Source of the DNA: the human T2T-CHM13v2.0 reference genome, Homo sapiens | Strand: one strand, 5' to 3' | Assembly: GCF_009914755.1 (NCBI RefSeq) | Contig: NC_060931.1 | Length of the DNA stretch: 64,000 nucleotides | Shown here: in pieces, positions 56,100 through 64,000 of the stretch | Layout of the letters: every line of letters starts with the position of its first letter | How positions within the stretch are numbered: position 1 is the first letter of the stretch | Translations under genes and position numbers: made by a program | The notes under the pieces: model-generated | Seen by the model: the letters and a program-made list of their open reading frames with translations, nothing else | Told to the model about the DNA's origin: nothing | Database searches by the model: none

Positions 56100-56356
56100 A
56101 AATTATACAAGGCTTTCAAAATATTCCATGTTTCCTACTTTTTACTATCCTTCATTTAAGAATCAGTTACTAATTATTAAGTATAAGCTACATTCTAGGA
56201 ATGCTCAGGTGACATAGTTGATCTTCTCTGCCATAAGAACTCACATCTGGTATATGATTACATACCCATAATTATAAATATATGAGTATTGGTGTTCCAT
56301 ATATATAAGTTTCTTTTGGTTAAAATATAGTCAAGGGAAACAGCATCTTCACTTAC

Positions 56357-56453
56357 TTATAAAAGAAATGCACATCTGGTATTTGGCTTGTTGGAACTGG
56401 GAACATATCTTCTTTTATATTAATATTTTTCAATGTGGTTTCAACTGTGACTC
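56357..56453 (-). CDS. ELAPOR2: ELAPOR2 exon, 97 nt
   Basis: catctag|...|gtaagt; (G)VTVETTLKNINIKEDMFPVPTSQIPDVHFFY(K), phase 1/2, bridges its neighbours in frame. Not in the ORF track. Confidence 0.92.
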
Positions 56454-57721
56454 CTAGATGACATTTAAAAAGAAACTATTAAGCAATATGGAAAATTAGT
56501 TTTATTTGGTCTCCGTAGTTTTGAATAGAAAATAGCTTTAATGACTGTCATTTTACAATATTTACAGAAATGCTGTATTATATTAATGCATTCATGGTAA
56601 AAACAAGAAATTTTCCAAAGTCTCCAGAATGAAAGAGAAAAGATTCTACTCCCTAGTTTTGTAATTTTGCTTAAGTCTTTTCACTTCCCTGGGTCTTGTT
56701 GCCTGAATCTAATGCAAGCAGTAATTCGATAATCTACGAAGTTCGTTTCAGTTCTCTAACATCTCAAAAGTCTATTAAAATTTTCATTCTCCAGTGAATT
56801 TTATCGAATGAGTTAGGCTACTTTGCTAATACAGCTTTTTACTCATATTCAATATAGACATATTTGACAAAGCAAAAAATTTTGTGCCCTAATAATTTCC
56901 AGAAAATAACTCTGAAATTTGCTTAATCTAGTAAGCAGAAAACTAAGGCTTTTTTTCCCTGCCTCTTGTAAGCAAAATAACAGAGCCAAAACACAATAAG
57001 AGCAAACTTTGCTTCAGAGTTCCCAATCTGAGCAACCCCCACCCCAGTAACTGACCTTGGTGCTGAAAGTCAATGCTAAATTCCTCTGGAGTCTATACTA
57101 TAAGCAATGTTCTCAAATCTGGCCACACATCCGAATCACCTATGAAGCTTGTTAAAACCACAGATTCCTAAGCCCCACTGTAGAGATCATAATAAATTTG
57201 ATCCCTAAGAATCACCCATTAGAGAGCTAGATTCTTCTTGAAACTTATCTATGACCTCCAGGACTACAGAGACAAAAAGGGAACATGAGGAATCAAACTC
57301 AGCACCCTCACCTTTGCTGTTTGTCACCTGCTTCCTTTTGGTATGAGAAAAGGTGATGGAAACTGGTGGCATATAAATAATTTAGGTGTAGTTGTGTTTG
57401 TTTACTATTCCTATTTTGTTTTTAGTTTTGATTTTTAAAATTGGTTTGCCTCTTAAAGTTCTAGAAAGTCTGATGACAGGCATAGACCCTCAGAAAATGT
57501 CATACTTATATATGAATTAATACATAAATGCAGAAGCTTCTCAGAGACTAATCAATAGTCCCCACTAGTAGGAGCTTTTTAACCATCTTACAAAGTGACA
57601 ATTTAAAATTACCTGTGGGGGCCTTAATCATCTATAGCAAACACCAATACAATGACAAGTTATTCATAGCATAATTTAAGAATAAATGTATGCATGCATA
57701 TATGAACCAAAGGAAGCTTAC

Positions 57722-57911
57722 CTATGAATGTATCTGCCAGAATGATGGATTGTGATGATAAGGCTGCTCGGAAACCCTTACTTTCAGAAGGAATAATTGT
57801 TGACTGGCATACAAATGCCCCTACCAAATTTGTGTAATCATCTGACCCTGCCACTATTTCTTTTACTGTAAAGTCTGTTATATTGTTGGTACAGAGAGCC
57901 ATCTTCTTCCC
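57722..57911 (-). CDS. ELAPOR2: ELAPOR2 exon, 190 nt
   Basis: ttcctag|...|gtaagc; GKKMALCTNNITDFTVKEIVAGSDDYTNLVGAFVCQSTIIPSESKGFRAALSSQSIILADTFI(G), phase 0/1. Confidence 0.95.
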
Positions 57912-59981
57912 CTAGGAAAATAAAGTCATAAAAGAAAGGTTTTATTGGATGTCAATCTCTAAACTTAATCTTGACTAGCTAGTGACCCTAGAAGAGCAGT
58001 GGCTCTCTCCTCACTGCAAGGATTCTGATTTAGTTGATCTGGTATGAGGCCTAGCCACCCATCAGTACTTTTTAAAAGCTCTCAAGGAAAGTCCAATATT
58101 CAACCAAACTTCAGAGTCTACAGTTATAACAAATACAGTAATTCAAGACTATACTGCTCTTCCCAGTACAAGCATCATTTGTGATAAATGAAAGTCATCA
58201 AACTTGAGAAAATAAAAGTAATCTATGAAATGTTCAATTCATAGAGTAACAATGCATGCAAAAAGACCAGAAAACTGCTGATGAAAGCTTCAGTGTCAAA
58301 GAAAAAGTGTTGGTCTTCCTTTTCCTTTATGACCCTATGTGTAGCAGAAAGGTAATGTGAAGGCTAAAGAAGAAAGCACAAAAGTCATACTGCAGCAAAA
58401 TTCTAGAATAACACCTGAATTCTAAATAATTGGTCACTACAAGTGTCTTTATTAACCTACTCTTAGTTTCAATGATGTGTATCTGTTCAACTGTATAACA
58501 AGTTAAAGGTAATAGAGAGATTAGCTTTTTTAATAATTTTGAAAATAATTGGAAGATATAACTTATAAAAAATGGAAAAATTGTTTAAATATAATATGTT
58601 TAAATTTACTGTAGTCCTACTGCAAAAGACTATAGCTTGCTCCATAATTTCTACAAAGTAAATGTAAAAATAATACAGGAAAACTATTTCATTGGTGTTA
58701 GATATAGAGTGTACACAGATGTGTAAAAAGAAAAGTATAAAAGTTTATCTTTCTTAATGCAGCTAGCAGACCTAACCTATAAATTTTTCTCCTGCTACCA
58801 GGCCTTCTGACAATAGGCCTTCTCACCAGTATATTTTTTTTACTAGGCTTAAATTAAAATGTTGAAGCCAATAAAAAATAATGGAAAAGATCAGAGAAAA
58901 GGTACTGGGGAAAGAAAAAGGAAAATAGTGGAAGCTAAAAGGAAAGAAACAAGAATAAAAAGGAAGGAAAGAGATAGAAGCTAGAGGTGAAGAGAAGAGA
59001 AGGTGGAAAAAGAGGTAGTGCTAATGTACAATAAGATTGTGATAGAAGTATGGTAGACAATGGAATTAATCTTATTCACTGCTTCCCACAGTATCTGGCA
59101 CATAACAGGTATTTAATTTATATTTATTGAGTGAACTGAGTAACCAATCTAGTGAGTGTCTTGGATCACCCCAGGTAAAATCAAAACAGGACAGCTGTCA
59201 TACTATGTAAAATTTTATGGATCTTTTTGTTTGAAAACTTCTGTGGTCATCAGATCTCTTTTTGTTTCCTTTGTTCAAAGCTTTGCACAGTATCTCATAA
59301 TGAAGACAATTGAAAATATAGGAGTTAATATGGGAAGTGACATGGAGGAAATGCCTTATCCTGTTCCTACTCTGTAGGTATATACCTATACATACTTCCC
59401 AACCCTAACCTCATATGTCCATTAAAATATTGGGCATCATGGTCCTGTAACCTCTCCCCATTGCCAGTATCAATTAAGATTCCTCTTCTTCTCACAGCAA
59501 ATAAAATCCCATTTGTATGATTTAAGCCTACCTTATCAACTGATATTTGGCCCTGCATGTCTCCTTTTTATTTTGGACAAGCTTCCTCTTGAAAGTCTTT
59601 TTCTTCTTAAAACACAAAATTGACAACATAAACAACAGTAAAACTTTCTCAAATAACTTCCTGCCTAAAGAGGTAAGATTGACAACCCTGACCCATTTTT
59701 ATGAAAACAAAACATCCTCAAAGCACTTACACCATAGCTCCAAGCTTCAGGTTTCAACTGACTGCATAAGTGATTTGATACACTGAGAACCAGACAAGGT
59801 TGCCCCTGGTGGAGAAATCTGCCAATATTCTAGGCAGCAATAGAGGATCTAAGCAATCAAACCTCAGTTTCTGACACTTGGTTGATATCCATAGAGAATT
59901 TATTGGTCCATTAACACAGAAAATATCAACTTGATCGGAGCTGAAATATAGGTCCATCTCACCTTGACAGCCAGAACTCAC

Positions 59982-60155
59982 CTCATGCCCACATAAACTG
60001 ATATTGAAGAAATGGAAGTATTTTGTTCCTTTGGAGGTGAAGCTGGGGCCATTCATTAATGAGCCCACACTGCTGAGGTTGCTAAAGTCATAGTGCAAAC
60101 TCTGATTTTCTTTTTCATGGTAGAAAAAGCAGTCACTATAGCAAACCGAATGGTC
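59982..60155 (-). CDS. ELAPOR2: ELAPOR2 exon, 174 nt, start of MRH-like domain
   Basis: caaag|...|gtgagt; DHSVCYSDCFFYHEKENQSLHYDFSNLSSVGSLMNGPSFTSKGTKYFHFFNISLCGHE. Confidence 0.95.
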
Positions 60156-60850
60156 CTTTGATTAAAGATAAAGAAACAATATAGCAGGAAAGAAAATATT
60201 AGCTGCTACTAAAATGTGTTTGAAAAAAGTTCTAGGTATAAAAACTATTCCAGTAATTTAGTCTTAGCTATAATATACTTTACCATACTAATATAAAGAA
60301 TTTCTAAACTCTAACTAGATTTTTCTAAACAAAGTTCAGAAAATTCAGAATCTTTTAAAGACAGAGTAAAGTTATCCTCAAGTTTGTTCCTTGTAGAAAG
60401 GTATTTTAAGAAATAGCCAAAATTCTGTTACGTAAATTTAAACAGACAGTAAAAGTGCTTTGTCCTTCACTCATAATATGGCATCAATCTTTGCCATTCA
60501 AAATTATAAGAAACACTAGCTGTTCCCAGATGACTGCTATAGCCAGCCTATAGATAGGTAGTTTATTTGCTGTACCTAAACAATACACAAGAAATCAGTT
60601 TTAATATTTTGGAAAAGCATTCTTATTTGGGAGCTTTTAATATTTTATGTCACCAGTAACTAGTACTTTCATAGCATACAGTAAGTGTTTAATAAACGCA
60701 AGAAGGGAGAAAACAGAAATGGTAAGTAGAAAGTCTTATTTCAGAATAAATAGCAACCTCATAGCTCCCAGAGAAACATTAAGGAGAACGCTTGAATTTC
60801 TCTATTAAAATGTGCTTTCATGGGGATACCTGAAATGCAGACCCACTTAC

Positions 60851-61114
60851 CTGATTGTTTTTACTCCCAGGCCCGCATGGAATACAAGCCTCTTTGCCAT
60901 AGACCTGATGTATGGACAGGTAGGTGTCAGGTGGACATTCCTTGCACTGGTTGGTTTCTTTCTCAATGTAGTGGCCTGGAGGGCAGGGGACACACGATGA
61001 ACCCGACTGTTCAGAACCGAGGGCACAGGCACGGCATGAGGACGCCACCCCATCAACTGCATTAGTGGCTGTGATAGAATAAATCTTCACCATGTCATTG
61101 ATGAACCGTCTATT
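60851..61114 (-). CDS. ELAPOR2: ELAPOR2 exon, 264 nt, Cys-rich (CxxCPPG-type) repeats
   Basis: ttttag|...|gtaagt; NRRFINDMVKIYSITATNAVDGVASSCRACALG...CVPCPPGHYIEKETNQCKECPPDTYL...CIPCGPGSKNNQ. Confidence 0.96.
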
Positions 61115-62632
61115 CTAAAAAAAAGAGCATAAAGTAATGACTTCTGCCTTGGGGCTTAGTTGTACAACCAGATTATGTCTTCTGTTGACATCATCAAAAT
61201 AACTAAATAGAGTGTTCCAGCCTAATAGTTTGTAATTGACAATAGATTAATATCACTGCTATTTGGTTCTTCTTTTAAAAAATCTTAAATCTTGATACTA
61301 GAAACTAATTTCTGCAATAATATAGTTCCAGGAGTTTTGCCACAATTACTGTGAGATCTGTCACAATTAGTATAAATTAGGATGCAATTATAGACCTCAT
61401 ATCTAGAAGAACTAGTATAGTTTAAGAGAGGAACAGTTTTTATCTCCCATCATCATTTATTCACATCTTAGCCTAAATCAAATGATACAATAGGAGGTTG
61501 AAAGTGCGGCAGGGTAGAAATGCCTTGGAATGGGGATGAGAAAATCTTGGAAGACTAGGACCTCTAGTCATACACAAACATTAACTGTGCTAAATCAATG
61601 CAATCACACCATTTCATTGAGTCTTCCTTTCCTTCTCCAGTCCTTTCCCTAATCAACATACAGAAAAGATGTGGACTAGAGAGCAAAAACCTGGGTCTTA
61701 TTATGTTTTTCCTCCTTGTAACACTGAGTCACTTTAAGGTCTGGTTTTAATTAAGCAGTTGGCGTCACTCTATCGGTACAGAGCAGTGTTACTCCAGACT
61801 ACTTAATGCTTTTTGTCTGGGACAAAGATAAATGGAAGGCAAGGAAAGATTCCACAGCATGTTCACGCCCCACAGGATGGTTATCTTAACCTTCATAAGG
61901 AATAACTGGAGTCAAGTACAATCTGGGGAATTTATTCCCCACTGAAAGCCTGAAGAGAAGAAGAGAAAATGCCATACATTGCCACCATAGCATTACGGCC
62001 ACTTTTGAACAAGTGGTTTATCTTGTTCTCACCTTGGGAAGGTTACATCTATAGAGATCCACAAAATAAGTCCTGCTACTATTGAAACATATGGTACAAT
62101 GGATATACTTAGGGGAGGAATAGGTCTATTCTGGCAGGGAAAATAAAAGAAAGGAAATGATTTTGTGTGTTAACTCAATGGTGGGTACATACACATTCTC
62201 CAGGCTGTAAAAGGAAATATTACTGTAACAAAAAAATAAAATGACACTAGTTAATGGCTCTTAAACATTAGATGACTCAGATGAAGATGAAGAAAGTTGC
62301 CCATCTTCACAAAGCCTCAGAAAGCTTTAAAAACAAGTTATTTTTAGAGAACTGCAAAATTAGATTTTCCTTCTCATAAGTTTCCAAAAACTGTATTTGT
62401 TCAGAGTGAAGAACAATTCAAAGACATGTTGTTATTTTATTCCATACATTCTTACTCTCAAAAAATAAAAAATTATCATTTTATACCACTGAATCTATAA
62501 CCAGATTATTCATTCCATATTTTTTAAAAAGCAGTCCTTTCTTCCAAATTTGAGTTATCACTTTGTATGCATCTCCACAAGGGGGCATCATTAGTGTGTT
62601 TAAAATTTTAAAAAAAAGTGCTTGGAACTTAC

Positions 62633-62770
62633 ATCTTGACCCTGATTAGTTCTCTGGAATGCCCATGTAAATGTAAAAGTTGCATTCTTGAAGATGATAT
62701 GGGTGTAAGCTTGTTTTTCTTTGGTTCCACCCCACGATTCTACCACATTTGTACTTTTTCTATTAATATC
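62633..62770 (-). CDS. ELAPOR2: ELAPOR2 (KIAA1324L) internal exon, 138 nt
   Basis: tttcag|...|gtaagt; reads DINRKSTNVVESWGGTKEKQAYTHIIFKNATFTFTWAFQRTNQGQD, phase 0/0, in frame with the next exon. Confidence 0.93.
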
Positions 62771-64000
62771 CTGAAATATAGTGGAAAAACTATATTCAAA
62801 TAAAGCACAAACTCAACATTAATATACCTGTGTATATATTACAAATGTATTCATATTTAAAGTAAACCCATTACAGTTTATGACTATTTACAAACAGAGC
62901 ATGTAATCCCAGAACTCTTAAAACTTGCCTTCAAGTCTGCACAGGCACCTCACTCAGTAATCACAATATATCAACCACATTGTTCATATAACTTGAAAGA
63001 GGTCTCAAATCATAATATGTTTAAGGGTTGGGGTTTTTTTTGTTTTTATTTTCTATTTTTGTTTCATGTGTGTGATCTGGCTTGGGATATATACTTAGAA
63101 GAGGAAACATAACTCCTCAAACTTCTTACAATAAACTTCTAAAGTTATCATTGAATGGAAAGCCTTCAAATTTTTTATCTTTTTCCTTCAGAGATTCTGA
63201 TAGGGAGCTCTTACATAGGAATTCCAAGTTCCCCTGAATTATACTTGCAAGTTCCAGGGTGACTTTATCCAAGTGCATGTTAAGCAGAATGTTATTTAAT
63301 GTTCATGAAATCCTCTCTTGCTTATACTTGACTTCCAAAAGGTTTAATTTATATTTTATTTATTATTTATTTAACTAAATTCAAGATAATATTAAAATCA
63401 CACAAATTTGTGATATTCCAACTGATATGCTGTCATTAACATGACTGGAAAGCAAATATTAATAAGTTGACCAGATAATGTAACATACATCTAATTTATA
63501 TAAAAAGAAAACCAAGCCTAAACTCTGAATTTTCTAATTTTCCTGGCAGAAATCCTGATAGATCACTTAGGAATTTGGATGGGCTTCCATTAGTTATCTG
63601 GGATGCCGGCAATAAGGTTTCATGAGCTCAAGACAAGTCTCTTTGTTTTTCATCCTTTGATAATACAGGAATCAAACATGTGATAAAGTAACCAAATATG
63701 CTCTAAAGAGACACATCCTGAGTTCACACCACAGATAGGAATAACAGAAAATGCTCATCATACATTATAGAAATCCTCATGTAACCAAACAATGAAATCA
63801 TCATTCCCAAAAAGCAGTTCATAATATATTGATGGTGCTTCATTAAACATCATTATGGGTTATAATAATTGAAATTTAATGCATTAGTGCACATAATATC
63901 ACCTTACATTTGTGAAGCACTACATGATATTCAAAGCATTTTATATATTATTTGGTTTGAGATCTCCAAAAGTCCTGTGAGAAGATCATCACACAAAGAG

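Overview
Primate (human-like, 7q21) genomic DNA, not microbial. It holds the convergent 3' ends of two known genes. On +: the last intron, terminal coding exon (12184-12257, ...SASTYVPTVCNGREVLDSTTSSL*) and 3' UTR of GRM3 (mGluR3). On -: the last ten coding exons of ELAPOR2/KIAA1324L (62770 down to the stop at 28373). I spliced these by hand; all have GT-AG boundaries and consistent phases, encoding Cys-rich repeats, an MRH-like domain, a TM helix and a YSKL-containing tail. The rest is intronic or intergenic and rich in transposon fossils: a near full-length ancient L1 with a ~400-bp tandemly repeated 5' UTR, an ERVL-type provirus with a gamma-type env remnant, a near full-length Charlie-type hAT transposon plus its MITE, Alus, MaLR LTRs, L2/MIR and microsatellites. 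Most ORF-track ORFs are chance or repeat-derived. I see no convincing wholly new biological system. The best leads are a DNA-transposon-derived bidirectional poly(A) signal that may end ELAPOR2, a 138-bp local duplication bracketing the GRM3 terminal exon, a polypyrimidine + 9xYCAY + acceptor module that could yield a secreted ELAPOR2 isoform, and the env-bearing ERVL fossil. Repeat subfamily names come from recalled consensus sequences, not from a search.
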